Shown here: positions 28,301 through 44,310 of the stretch, piece after piece
How the letters are laid out: each line of letters begins with the position of its first letter
Position numbering within the stretch: the first letter of the stretch is position 1
NCBI GenBank assembly: GCA_036172245.1
Contig: JAYWIR010000019.1
Coordinates: forward strand, 992,001-1,056,000
DNA: 64,000 nucleotides
From: Raillietiella orientalis
Taxonomy: Eukaryota
Direction of reading: 5' to 3'
The notes under the pieces: generated by a model
The model's database searches: none
Seen by the model: the letters and a program-made list of their open reading frames with translations, nothing else
Told to the model about the DNA's origin: nothing
Made by a program: the position numbers and the translations under genes

Positions 28301-29989
28301 TCTCAATCCTGAATGATTTTTAGTTCATGTGCATTCAAAATCATAAGTTATAATGAGTAAGCACCAAAAAGTCTTAATATTATTTGGTACTATACCAACA
28401 CTACCAAATGTGAAGCACATAACAGAACAGTTGTGTATCCCTATCTAATAGTGAATATATTTTCAGCATTAAACAATTCTAAGATTCACCAAGACAATCA
28501 TATACATAATTTTCATAAACGAAAACCAAGGAATACTATTAACATCAACCATTATGTTTGCTAAAATTGCCTGCACTTATGGTTGAGAGAAAAACAAATA
28601 TTCATATTAAAAAAAAAAAAAAAAAAAAAAAAATGGATAGACAAGACGAAAAATTATAGATCCAGAATCAGATCTGGATATTCAGATACAGTTTGCTGCT
28701 TACGAAACCACAATATTCAAAGAAGATCAGACTCAGATTTGGAATTTTCAACAAAATCTCCAGTCACAGATGTGCATCACCTAAACCTAATACTAGGAGC
28801 AAACGCTATCCAACATTCCCAAGAAAGGACTTGCATGACAATTTTATATTTGATATTGGCCATGACATTCCAAAAAGAAAAGGTAAATGCTGCACAACAA
28901 AGCTCAAAGTACTACTGATAGACATTAAAATGTATTTCTGAAAAATGCCAAATGAACTTTCAAATGTCACTAAAGATAAAAATGCATGCACTATCATGCT
29001 ACATATTAACAACACCAAGTATGCTGAACAAAAGTGCACAAGCTTTCTATCGTAAATTGTTCCTGCTAAGTTTCTGAATAATCATTCATACATTCTGTGT
29101 ACAAAGACTTAACAATAACCTAACAATAAATGATCAACACTCGCTTCGAAAAACATACTATTATGTATTTACATTTATTTCCAGATTCTATCAACACAGA
29201 AAACATGACGATGTAAGTTTATTCATTCATGACATAATTTCCCACAATACCAGATATTCTAAATCTGATTCAATAAGAACTTGTCCATTTGTGCCAAAAA
29301 ATCTAAACGTAAAATAAAGTGCACACATCTGTAATTCATTGTACTCTAATAAACACTTTTAGGAATCAAGTCATCTGATCTAGAGCAAACACGAATAAAC
29401 AATAAATGAAATCTATTCATCATGAGCATCACAGTAAGGAGAAATTTTTTTTGATATCATACCTGCTCAGTACTTTTAACATAAAATGGTTCATGTACTT
29501 GAAGCAGGAATTACAATTATTATACATCAATGTCAAGTCTATACTGAATATTCTTCATTTCCTGGGATGGATCTGAAGAACACTGAATCTCAAATATGCG
29601 AATGGAAGGCTGCTTGCTCCTATACTCTTATAACTGCATACATGAAAAATCTTGAGAACCTAACAATATACCATGGATGAAAAATGAGTATTACTTGACA
29701 CAGTGCACTTTTGCTTAAGTTTAAATCTTTAAGGACCAACAGTTTAATTACATAGCACAACTGAACAAGCATAATTAATTTGAATAAAACAGGTTAATAT
29801 GCACCAAATGTAATTATACAATTAATAAAAAATTACCTGCATTTTCAAATCCAACTTTTAGTTTTGCAATGACAATATATATTTTTCTAAAGTATGAAAT
29901 GCATATAAAAGGTAATAATATGAGATACAATGTCATACTTAACTTCGGTACACATTTTAATAAAATAATTTCCAATAAGGAATAACTTA

Positions 29990-30120
29990 AATGGCTAACT
30001 ATAAACAAGATGGCGGGAGCTAATAGTAATTTTTTCTACGCCAGTCAAAAATCCTCGACACCATTATAAGTTATGGATCAAGCTGATGTTAGATTGGTGC
30101 AAAACTACGCACGTGACCTG
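29990..30120. promoter_or_regulatory. Putative bidirectional promoter between CBP and the mannosidase gene
   Basis: YY1/Pho-type CAAGATGGCGG (30006-30016), CCAAT box on - (30093-30097) and E-box CACGTGAC (30110-30117). The + strand switches from A-rich to T-rich here. A minus-strand donor CAG/gtaatt at 29837/29836 and an acceptor at 25358 fit a non-coding CBP exon 1. Confidence 0.55.
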
Positions 30121-30513
30121 TCTGTGGCTTTTGATTCGCTGTCTACGATAATCCAAGCTTGAATGTGATTCGTAGTATCATTTCATAAGCTATATAGTAT
30201 TCGTACGGAGGAATGGTTTGAAGTACTGCAAGTCTTTGAATCGTGTTGTAGGAACTTTTACTTTCGTTAAAGTATGTATCACAGTATCATGCAAAAAATA
30301 ATCCCTGCATGTCATATACTTAGAGGCTGGCCAAACCCGAGCGGCTCGAGGAACCACTAGATAGTTTGTGTGTGTTTGTGGCCGCTTCAGTATTTTTTTT
30401 TCCTTTTTTTTGATTGTACAGTGCTTGTACCTATTCCAGTATGTGCCAGATGATCGTGACATTTGACACAAACATCCTCTATCGAAACATCGCGAGGCCA
30501 CATCGAAGTGTTT

Positions 30514-30536
30514 GTGTGTGTGTGTGTGTGTGTGTG
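30514..30536. repeat. (GT)n microsatellite
   Basis: Direct reading. Confidence 0.9.
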
Positions 30537-33500
30537 AATCTTTTTGAGTTGGGAGTCGCTGCTGCACTTTTTGCATTGATCATCACTCGCGAACGAGTAG
30601 CTCTTCGGGCAAAGTAGTAATTACCTGTAAATAGTAAGACACCCTGCATATCCATTTTGATTTACCCTCTTTCTACGTCCCTGATGGGAGATGTGTTCGG
30701 GGGTTCGCGATGCTAAAGTTTTTTTTTTTTTCCTTCAAAAAAAAAAAAAAAATCCATTACATGGAGTTTGAAATGTTGAACATGAGCCCCCCCCCCTTCC
30801 CCGTTTTCGTTTTGTTTCCCTCCAACGAGGGCATCGGTGTTTCGTTTGGGAGTTGGGAAGTCGACGAGGAGGGATGCAATCATCGCACTCGAGGATTCGG
30901 GAACATTAAGAGCTGATATCCAGACTTCCGCAGTGCACGAAGAAGGAACGTCAGTTTATGCAAAAGCGCCGATAAGACTGTTTCTCGCCGGCGGTTGCCC
31001 CACGATCCGCCTAGGAAGTGGGGCCTCCGGACACGCGGATCTCTTTCATCCAGTGGTCGGTTGCCGCACGCTCGCAAAAGCAGTGGGGGAGTCCGTGTTG
31101 GGGGCTGCACGTGGCCTTCCTGAAAATTCGAAATCGACTTTCCGTTTCGGGATCCGCCCCCACCCCCCTCTTTCTTTCTTTCTTTCTTTTTTTTTTTTTT
31201 TTTTTACCCCTTCCTTTGGAAAATATCTCCACGCCGATTTCCGTTTTCGGTCGGCGGCCTTCGGTGTGAGGGGTGAAGCCCTCGCAGTCCCCCCTCGCAG
31301 GCACCTGCAGATCTGTCCATGGGTACCAGCTGTTTCCCCAGTCACCCTTTTTTTCGGTCAGGGGGACTGAGAAAAAGTGCTGTCGGAAGGCACCTTTCAT
31401 GGTTCGGTGTTTCTGTTTGGGAAATCCTCATCAAACGTGAAACCCACGGTTTGTCGCAGTCCATGGCCCGTACGATTTGTACATCTTTAGGTGTATATAC
31501 GTTTTTAGTCGCTCCGAGTGTCCGTGTTGACAGTGTGCCGCGGGAGCGGAACGCGTGTGATTTTTGATGCGCCCGTGTTCGCCCATCTGTGCTTCAAGGA
31601 ACGTTGGTTTCAAGTAGTAATGAACTTGGAATTTTTTTTCCAGCACGTGTAAAAAAGGTTCCACAAGAGAAAAACGCTTGCAGTCTTGTGTGAGTTTGTG
31701 AGTGCAGAGTTGCAGAGCGGGGGCATCGTAGGCAGGACGCATTGCGGAATGTCTTTTGGATGGAGAACCGACTGGGGCAGCCAGATGCGATTTTGTAACG
31801 CGTCTTCCGATAGAGATCCAGTGAGATGTTTTCTCCTGATGAGCGGTTCCCTCCCCCCCTCCCCGTTCCCTTCCCTCCCTTTATCTTGTCTTTCCCGTCT
31901 TCAACGGGTGCGTCCCTGCGTGGGCACAAAAATCTCAAGACTAAGACTGCATATTTCTCCGGTTCTCTCTTTCGACCTGGCGAGGTCCAAAATGCCGGAA
32001 ACTGTGTGCTCCTGCCGTCTAATGGCTCTGCATGAGCACAAATCGTGCCCAACCCAAGTGTGTTCCTTCGGCTCTTGCAGTGCCTCGCGTTTGTTTGATT
32101 GCTTCACGAGGTGAAGTTTGCATTCTTTTTTTTTTTTTTGTCTTCGATTTTTCGTTTTCAACCCAGGAGAGTCTTTTCCACGTCATTAGCCTTCTTCAGC
32201 GGCAACCGTACGCAGTGCTTTCTCATGTGAGAATGCCACGTTCGTATTCCTTTCAGCATTGCCGAATTTGTTTTGCTCAGGCCCGCCAAACTGATTCGTA
32301 TGCACGTATTGTGTACCAATTTAACAGTCCAGTTCACTTCGTAAACATGCTTCAGAATGCCGATCTAAATTCTCCCTGGGGTTTTTTTTTTTTTTTCTTT
32401 TTTAAACCCATAAGGTATCGATCCTTTGCATTTTGTTTACAGGTGATGTGTGCTCAGCCAACGATTTATCTGATATATGTATATATTTCTTTTCTTTTTC
32501 TTTTTGGGGGGCGGGATGGCACTTGAGATACTTCAGCTTAGCCCTTGGTTTGCAAAATCTGATTGCGTGTCACCAGTGACCTGTTACAGTAAAATTTTCT
32601 TGTAATTTGCTTGGGTCCGATGCTCGTGATGCATTTTTTGGCCCCGTTGCAAGGACCACGTCTTCCTCGTGGCATTCCTTCTTGCGAGCATCAGCAATCT
32701 GAACAGAATTGTGGCAAACACCGATCCAGCATCATTTCCGTAGTGACATTTTCTTTTTTAAAAAAAAAAAGAAAACGAAAAAATCGCTGCGTATCGCTGA
32801 ATGAAAATTTTCAGTTACGTTTTGGACTCTTTTTTTTTTTTGTTGCAGTTGTTGGAAACCATTCTTCTGTATGATTTCATACCAGTTTTGCCTGTTTGAT
32901 TTTGCCTTAAGTTTGCTTGTTTCCTTTCGGACCACGGACTAGCTTTACCGGGATTTCTTTGAATCTATGAGTCAGTGCTGCGTTGATTTTTTTTGGACTT
33001 ATTTTCGTTTGATGTCAGTATCGGTTTGAGGTGTTCCCTCTAGAATTTTGCTACCAAGTGATTTCAAGGTTTCCCAGCAGCGGCCTGCCATCCAGAACAA
33101 ACGCCAATCGTTCAGTGATCCTTTCCGTGTTCCGAGGATGTGCTTCATAGTTTTTCCTTAGCGGTTTGCACAGCGAAGCTGCACGTTCTTGCCTCTGGAC
33201 CACGTTCCTCGACCCTTCGTCGCCCACCGAGCGAATCCCTGACTTTCTGAGCGGGAATCCTTAGGGAAGATCGGTGTGTGTTCCTTCACTGTGAGCAGTA
33301 GCTGAATGCATCTCTTCTAATGAATAAACACTTGAAAACTGCTTACTTGTTCGTTGGTCTAAGGCAAAGGCAAGATTATTTAAGCTAACGAAAAGTCTGT
33401 GTTTCCATTCTCGGCGTAAGAAAGCGGTACACTTTCCATTATCAAAGAAATCCAACCTTCAAGTGCAAGCGTATTTTCACAGAGTGCTTTAACTCGAGTG

Positions 33501-34880
33501 GCACTCATTTACCGATCTTTTTTGGACACTCAGCTTGCATCTAGCTGTCTTTGCGTTTTCGTAGATCACTCTGTTTATCTCTGTACTTCTTTGCAAAGGA
33601 GTTTCAAACACGAATTTCAAATGGCGCCCAAACTTCGTGCCCAGCGAGAGTTCCAAAGATCTCCCACATCCGCTCGCGGGAGAAAGTTGCAACACCAACC
33701 CAACTTGGTTTCAGCTTCCTCCTTCTTTGGATCCACGCACCTTGTGGAATGAATCGTACCTGCTGAGGATTTTTACGTCATCTGCCCCGGAAGATCTCAG
33801 AGTCCACTTCAAATTCTGCCTCACAAGTGCGTTCCTTAGGATTCCGCCACCTTTTTTTTTGTTTGTTTTTCGTAAACATGAAGCCAACCGTACTAGTTCC
33901 ACAATCCCATTTGCAGTGGTGTTTCGAATGCATTCCATTGCAGCCGCGCTTGCCTCCGTAGAGGGAGCTGTAGTTCCAAAATTCAAAAAATGACTTTACC
34001 TGAAAGGCATGCACCTTTATGTTTTGATGATGAGGATCGATGCTATTACGTTATGCATGAAGGTCGCTGCAGCGAATTCCCTTCCGATTTCATTAAGCTC
34101 ATCAAGAGTACATACCCATTTGCATCTTCCACATCTCGTGCAAGGTTCTGGGCACTTTATTTGTTTTCGCTCTTCCTCAAGTTGCATCCTCAAATACACA
34201 CATATATACGTATATATACTTTTTTTTTCTTTCACCCAGGACTCCAAAGTCAAGCCTTTTGTTTTCAAAACGGACATGGAAGTTTTCGTTCATCCTTCAA
34301 GGAATCAAGCATTCCATGTGCTGACCACAATCTCTTCTTATCCCTGCAAGCGGAAACTCCTCGATCTCCATTTCTCCTCGATTTTCCGGAAAATACCGCA
34401 CCGTGGTTTCCTATATGTGTGTTCTGCTTCCCTGATTTGTGTCGATTATTAGCTCCAGGAGTACAGTCGCGCTGTTGCTGATCTGTTCCTCAATGATAAA
34501 CAGATCACGAAGACTTTCAATGAAACAGTGAACGAGCGTAGTACGTTTTTAATGCTCCATTTCTTTTTTCCCTTTTCATGTAGTCTGAAATTCAGGAGTC
34601 CATTTGGTGAAGTATTTCAAAGGCATGCACTCTTACAACTCATGAAACATGTATTAGAAAGTTTCATATATGTTTGCAAATAGAGAGCCATTCTTCATGT
34701 TTTTGCTTTGGAATTACACCTTGGAAGTGTTAGACTTTTTAGACTTTGTTAAGCGTCTAACGGCTTTCATTTAATGCTACAATTTCAGTTTTCTATTTCT
34801 ATGTTTTTGTGTTTTTGAAAACCGTCTTGGATATCTGCAGTTGGCAACTTTTTCCCTTGAATAAGACGATCCTAAAACAA

Positions 34881-34982
34881 GCTCTGAGTGTGTACGATAA
34901 TGAATTTAAAGACCGTCGTTTGCTCTGAGTGTGTACGATAATGAATTTAAAGACCGTCGTTTTAAATTCATCATCGTAGACA
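34881..34982. repeat. Perfect 41-bp tandem duplication followed by an inverted partial copy
   Basis: gctctgagtgtgtacgataatgaatttaaagaccgtcgttt x2 (34881-34921, 34922-34962), then tttaaattcatcatcgtagaca, an imperfect reverse complement of the unit core. Confidence 0.93.
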
Positions 34983-37592
34983 TTTTTCATCAACTGATGA
35001 GAGGAAGGCATCTTTATGGGGGAAATTTTCGTGTGCTCAGTGGTTCCTTTTTCCGTTATGGAAGGACTCTTGACTGCGAAACTCACCTATGAAGTCCAAC
35101 GTCCGGAAAAAACAAATAAAAGACTGCAAATGCATAAAGTCTTCATGGGTTCCTCCTCTATGAACAGTGACATTTTACTCCTTACTCGTCAATTTGGGCT
35201 GCAAAGCTCTCTGAAATGGAATTTCAACATAACTCAGAGAAATTTGCTCTTTCATTCTTTTTGGTACATGCGTGTTCTGAAGAGAAAATTAGAATCAAGA
35301 TCTCCAAAATCAGATTCCTCCAAGAGTTCAACACACATCCAGATTGTAATTGTCACTTGTTTTATTTTAAACAACAGAAGTGAATGCTTTTCATGTCAAA
35401 CTCGAAAATTTTCTACCGGCATCTACAAGTCTCCTGAATCATTTACGATTCTCTGTACTTAATGAATGCACCAAAACTAGAACACGTTTGTAACCTTTGT
35501 TCGATCAGTTAAAAAAAATAAATAAATAAACTCACAATGGATAGCATTTTTATCCTTGTACCTTCATTTTCCTTCATCTCCATTTCAAAAAGCTTTTTTT
35601 TTTTTTTGGTCTTTCTTCGATGGAGACAGTGTTTTTTGTTGGTTTTCATTATTTTTTCCCCCAATTTATGACAAGCATGCTGCTGTGAAATTCCATACTA
35701 TCCATTTTCAAAACCTGCAGATAAAAACACAATTTGCAATCTTCTCAGACTAGTTTCATTAAAAAAATAAATTCTTTTTACAACATAGTTCAATAGATCC
35801 ATCAGTATGTTGTATAAAGAGTTGATCGACTATCCAACTATCCATAAAGTGCATTTACTATATTTTCAAAACTTATCTCATAGTTTCTATAGGTGATTTC
35901 TCGGAAACACTGCAAACACTGAAAAGGTTCAATCCACATTTCATTGATCAGCTTAGATTACTTAATTATGTTACTGTTGCATATCATGTTCCTCTGGAAA
36001 CCTGGAAGTCCTACCAGAGAACTATCAAAATCAATCTCCTAAAATTTGTCTCATGCTTTAGTTTGCCTGATTATGAAACATCGTTCTGTTCTTCTATCTT
36101 CTGTTTTATACTGATTCGATTCTGTTCCTTCTATCTAACTGAGTGATTGTGTTCACGAGTGTTCGCAATAAACTGGAAAGTATGACATTTTTTTAAAGTC
36201 ATGCAATTAATCTTCGTGACGATCATCCTTCGAAGCAGAAAGCAACCACGAAGCTTTAAAGGTAGTCGAAATCAGCTAATTATGCATGCTCTAATGCAAG
36301 TAGAATCCAAGTCGTTTTCTTTTTTTTTTTTTCAATTTTTCATTTGCTTTATACTAATATCTGGAATTCAGATCTGTTCTGAGTAGCGGCATTCATTTCT
36401 TACAAAACAGTGAAACTGAAAAACGCAATAAATCAGAATATTAATAATGGATAAATCAGAATATTATTATTAACAACAAAAGTTTTTTTCTCTATAAAAC
36501 TGGTCAGGAGAGTCATTCCTAAGAAATTTTTCGTTTATCTGTGAATTCTATGGATAATTCGAGTATTTAGCAATTTGAGTATATCCTTGATACGTAAACC
36601 GCTGCTATTACTTCGGAAGATTTTTGTTTTTTAAATTTGTTTGAATTTGTACCAGTTTCTGATCTCTTGCTTTTGATGAACCATGATTACGATGCTTTTG
36701 GAGAATTTCTTCTACCTTTCCTTTCATGCAATCTTATCCAAAAATTACTCGGTTATTGTTTTGCCTCAAGTTATAAAACTCCTCTATTCTAGAGATCAAT
36801 GCTTTTTGATATTTTCACTTGTAAATCAGTATTTGAGGGGGAAACGTATACTTTGAATACTCACATTTGTAAACTTGAGGTTTTCTTTGTTGTTTCTAGT
36901 CAATGCATTACGTCTTTTGTTCTGACTTAATGAAAAGATACCCGTGAAACGCTTCCTCAATAGCGGATTAGAAAATGGGTGCATTTTCCTAGAAAAGGCA
37001 ATTTATAAATTTTCAGTGCATATTTATGCATATGTAATACGCATGCACGCTGTACATTTGCTACCGATTTTCTATTTGTTTGTGGAACTGCTTCAGATTC
37101 GCTACTTTTTATAATGTGATTTGGCTGCTCTTGCTATAGCGTATCAGTTTATCACACGAGATGTTGAAGCTGGGGACCGTTGTATACGTGGAGACCCTCA
37201 ATTGTGATGCGGTATGACTCAGAATTCTTACAGGTAACAGTTATTTGAAGTCCAATGTTGATTGCCTCAGTTTGTTTCTTTGCTTGTTTTCATTGAAATT
37301 GACGTTATTTTTATAATGTTTGAGAAGTATGTTTCATAAACCTGGAGGAATTTTTGAGCAATTTGTCAAGTGTAGAAAATTTATTTACATATTCAAATTG
37401 GAATATTGAAAAATTTTGTCCGTATAATTAGTGCATCTCCCACATAAATGTATTTGTAATCCCTAAGCTGCGATGCTTTCCATTTATGTATATATTGTTT
37501 GCAGTTCTAGGTTCTCATGGAGCATAAAAGGAATATTAGAGGAATCTCCACGTATGGTTATGCAGTTGTGTTGCCACCTTTAAGTTTGTGCA

Positions 37593-40481
<2,889 letters not shown>

Positions 40482-40962
40482 TGGTGTTTCTTGCTCTGTG
40501 ATACTTCTAATCAGCGTTTTATAAATTAAGAGAAAAACTATCCGGATTGTTTGGTGGTTGATGGCCCAGTAGACGAATCGGATCCTAGTGCAGACGTTCC
40601 TGTGTAATTTTGTACTCGCGGGATGATCTGATAGGAAACAGCGCAAATGTCTTCAAAGCAATGACGATTTGCGCGAGGATGTACCATGTGCATGTTTTGG
40701 TTGTTGTGCAGAAATTTGGTTTCTGGTAAAGTGGTGTAAAAAGGAAATCCCCCAACACGTATTCGGACGTGTAAGTCCATCAGGTGCATTTTCAACGCTC
40801 AGATAAATGCGTGTTGCTGGAATCTGTGTTGCAGCTCTTAGCTGCAGTTTGGTTTGAATTCCAATAGTCTTGTGATTGCACGGTATGGTGGGTACGGGAA
40901 GAATTTCGCAATTGGTTTTTGTGTGTGTGTCTCACTGCAGAAAAATCATATTTGAGAATTAG

Positions 40963-40968
40963 AATAAA
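40963..40968 (+). promoter_or_regulatory. Candidate polyadenylation signal of the mannosidase gene
   Basis: AATAAA followed by a GT/T-rich tract (ttctgttttgtgtattgt), about 480 nt after the stop. Confidence 0.5.
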
Positions 40969-41530
40969 AGTTCTGTTTTGTGTATTGTAATTGAGAACTT
41001 GGCGAATTGGGTAGCGACTGCCACGCCCACTTGGGCTTGTGATTTGATCTGTTTCACGGCCTGGGAAGATGCGAGTTTCCTGGTGCCGAAGCGGCGATCT
41101 TGGCCGCTGCCAAACAGACTGACGGAAAGCAGGCGCTCCGCGATCGTTCGTGAGCCCAAAGTTCAAGTAGGTTCGGTGATCTTGCTGAGGCCACGGAAAC
41201 CGCTGTTTGTGCAGGATTCCAGGGGAAGCGAGGAGGGGGGGAGGAACGCAGCGCGACGTCTGGTGCCAGCCTCTCTGACCTGCAGCCGGAGTCCTTGATT
41301 TCTTGCACACCCACCCTGTTCCTTCTTACTCCTCTAAGGCAGCCGCGGAAGCACTCTCGGCCACAAGGTCGCATAGCGACGGTTCCGTCAGGGAATTAAT
41401 AATCCTGTGGTTCGTTTGCGGAATTATTATTATTATTTTGTAAGTGGCCATGCAATCGATGCGCAGCTTGCTAGAGTGAAAGTGGGAAAGCGGATCAATT
41501 CGGATCAAAGATTTTGTACGCAGGTGGCGT

Positions 41531-42531
41531 TCAGCATCGGTTGAGTTGAACTGCTTGCAGCTCCGGTGTTTCTGATTGCTGCATGCGATCCTTGTTGTGC
41601 CTCGTTTCTTGCAGAAATTGTTTTCGTCGCTTGAAAAGGCGGTCGCTCGATGCGCGAAAAAGGTCCTTACGTAACTGGGAAGCGGATGTTTCGTGTTCCG
41701 CGTTACCAGAACCCACCCACGCTGGGGTGCCCTCGTGCCTGGAACGCAGTTAGCGATCCAAAAGGGTTTTCGACCCGTGCGCTTGCTGCGCGATAAGAGG
41801 ATCACTCACTCGTCGCTGGAAACCGTATCCCTGCTCTCCGCGTCTGCGCTTCTTCTCGTGGCCCTCTGCGACCGCGTATGTGCGCAGCAACGCTCCCGGA
41901 GGTGAAGCGGTCGTCACGAGGGCAACGCGGAGCTGCCGGACGACAGCTGTCCCCTTCTAGCCGCGGTGTCCTTAGATGCGATCCGTGTGACCTCGCCGTG
42001 GGGCTTTGCCCCGACGTACCTGAAAGCGCGAGGGAGGAGCTGCACGACGCGGAAAATCGGTGTGGCGGTGGTCGTGTCCCAGCAGAGAAACGCTGCAGCA
42101 CCTGCGCGAGGTCAAAACTCCCAAGAAGCGGAACGCCCTGTGATCCTGTGTGAGGTTCCTGCTGGACGGACGTGACTTGTACCAGGCCGGACGACCGACG
42201 TCATCGCCGAGCGTCTTTTCGCTCCGGCTAGCAGAAAGGCTTCACGATCGATTCTCAGCTGCAAGGCAGCAGGATGCAGATGACTGAGCTTCCTGCCGCT
42301 TGTGCGGGCAGCAGAGTGGGATTTCCGCGGCGGCGCCAGCACATATGCTCGCCGCGCGGCTCCTGCGTCCCACGGCTCGCGTTTCCCCGCTTGCCAGCGC
42401 GGGCGTGCAAGGCACAGAGCAGGGTCGCAGCCAGCGTAGTGGGTCATCTGCCTCGACGTGAATCCCCATCTGCTCCTCGACGGGCAGTACACTTCCCGGC
42501 CAAGGCAGGAACTTCCGCTTCGCTCATTCAC
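41531..42531 (-). CDS. Possible spliced gene of unknown function
   Basis: One phase-consistent exon pair gives LRIDREAFLLAGAKRRSAMTSVVRP|GAAAFLCWDTTTATPIFRVVQLLPRAFR, with further gtacgt and gtgagt donors downstream. No complete model and no recognised domain. Confidence 0.2.
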
Positions 42532-42919
42532 TTTGAGGGTCGTGTCGGAGGACGTACAGCTGCGTGGCTCCAGGAGTTGCGCGGGTTCGAATCATACGGG
42601 GAAGGATCGAAGCCAGAGAAATGAGGGGTGCCTCATCGGTTTCGAGTTCCCCCCCGGCGAAACGACGCTGGTTGGTCTCTAACACTCGGGTGCGGCACCG
42701 GTTGACACCCGGTCTCGCCAGGGCATTTATATATACAAAATAAACATCCACGTCCGTGGCAGGGCGTGTGATCCTGCCACTTTACTTATAACCACGAGGA
42801 AGAACCTGCCCGGATCTGGCCCGCAGGCCCGCAGGGTTTGCCTCGGCAGCAGCACAGGGGAAGGCGAGGGGAACAAAAAGAAAAAAACGAAACATGCAGT
42901 CAAAGAATGGAGGCGTTCG

Positions 42920-43560
42920 GGAAGGAATCACCAGGTACTTGAGGGCGTCTACTGCATCGTTGTAAGGATGCCGGCAAGTTCCGGTTTCAAGACTCCCAGA
43001 TGGGATCATCTTGACGTTGTCCTCATGAAGCAGAATAGATGGCATCCTTGCCGTTGCGGCCTCCTCTGGCGCAGCTCCTTGCAGCCACGGTCCCACGTGG
43101 GCAGCAAAGTGCTGCTAGGGATGCGGCCGGCATGAGAGCGTCGTGCCGGAAGAGGCGCTTGACAAGGTCTCTGGCGTTGCCGCCTGGGGTTCCAAGGGTC
43201 GCAGCAAAGCATCCCCAAAGAGACCGGAGGGCAACACAGCCCACGAAAGGTGCTGGAGGAATTCGCGCTCCTCGCACCTTGCACAGTTTGGGTCCACACA
43301 CACCCGTGTGCACGGGAGGTCATCCTCGCAGGCACGGGCAGACTGCGCCAGAGGTCCAAGGCCGCCGGCGGGCGTTGCACAAGAGGTCGCAGTGCAGCAG
43401 CAGTGCCTCCTCCTGCCACTTTAAGGGGATGGTGCGAGTGTTCGTGAGCACCGGGGACCACTGCAGCTCTTCCTCCGGGATACCCAGTAGTACTCCCCAG
43501 CGCAAAAGTCCACGAGGTCGAGCACTCGGGGTCGCAGAGGCAGTGAGCTGGCCCGTCGTC
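42920..43560 (-). mobile_element. Heavily decayed non-LTR retrotransposon RT remnant (R2/RLE-like)
   Basis: Frameshifted motifs in RT order on the - strand: LDLVDF..EYY, TRTIPLK, ACEDDL (YADD-like), ALKYLVIP (KYLG-like). Inferred from degenerate motifs. Confidence 0.45.
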
Positions 43561-43771
43561 CACTCGCCCAGTCCTCTTCTCCATCCGGAGATTTCCACAG
43601 TAACCTCCCAGCTAGCCGCAAGGCTGCTGCCCATGTGCTCCCTAAAGGAGGGCAGCGTGGCGGCGAGGGAGGTTCTGCTTGCCCACGCACTCTTCACGGG
43701 ATCTTGCAGTATCTCCCGGAGCGGCACTGGTGAAAGCCGGAGCAACGTTCCCGCCGAGCAGCCGGGATAGG

Positions 43772-44310
43772 AAGCTGACCCTCCGGGGTCGTTCCAGGGA
43801 CCAAGGAGTCCTTTGGGGTTCCCCCTCCGGTTGTGGAAATTTGGAACCGTGCCCTTTCTCCCTCAGTTGGCACACTCGGTCGCGTATCACGAAGCTGGCT
43901 GACTGACACCTCTCCAGAGTGTCAAGAAGTGCGCTGCTCCCTTCGTACAACGGCCCTTCAGAGAAATCGGGAAGCGTCCTTTTGGGGTTTTCTTCAGAGG
44001 AAGAAACCAGGGGCGGATCCTTTCTGGGGGTTCTCCGGAGAAGAAATAGGGTCACTCCCCATTTCTTCTCCTGGGAGGGACCCTTCCTCCGGGGAGTCCC
44101 TTCACAGACAACCAGGGTGAGACGGTGACCTCCCGAGACAACCAGGGTTCCCTTCGGGGTTTCCCTTTCAAGCGTAAGAGGAACGCACTGCTTCCTCCGG
44201 AGCCTTCCTGGATTCACAGAGGTGGTCCCTACGGGGTTACCTCCTTACTTGAAGAGTTGATACGCACCCCCGGGTGGAGTGAACGGTGTCAAAGAGCTTC
44301 GTGAGCTCCC
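43772..44310 (-). mobile_element. Decayed LINE reverse-transcriptase fragment; longer copy of the 858-1050 repeat
   Basis: ELTKLFDTVH resembles D..KAFD.V.H, and LYEGSSA....SASFVIRDRVCQ resembles LY.....S..F.I..GV.QG. A second copy lies at 858-1050. Confidence 0.6.

Noticed and set aside
34881..34962. CRISPR-like direct repeats
   Set aside because: Only two abutting copies with no spacer, in a eukaryotic context with no cas genes.
42756..42781. Hairpin gtggcagg..cctgccac as a Helitron 3' end or terminator
   Set aside because: No CTRR terminus at the expected distance and no second copy in the window.
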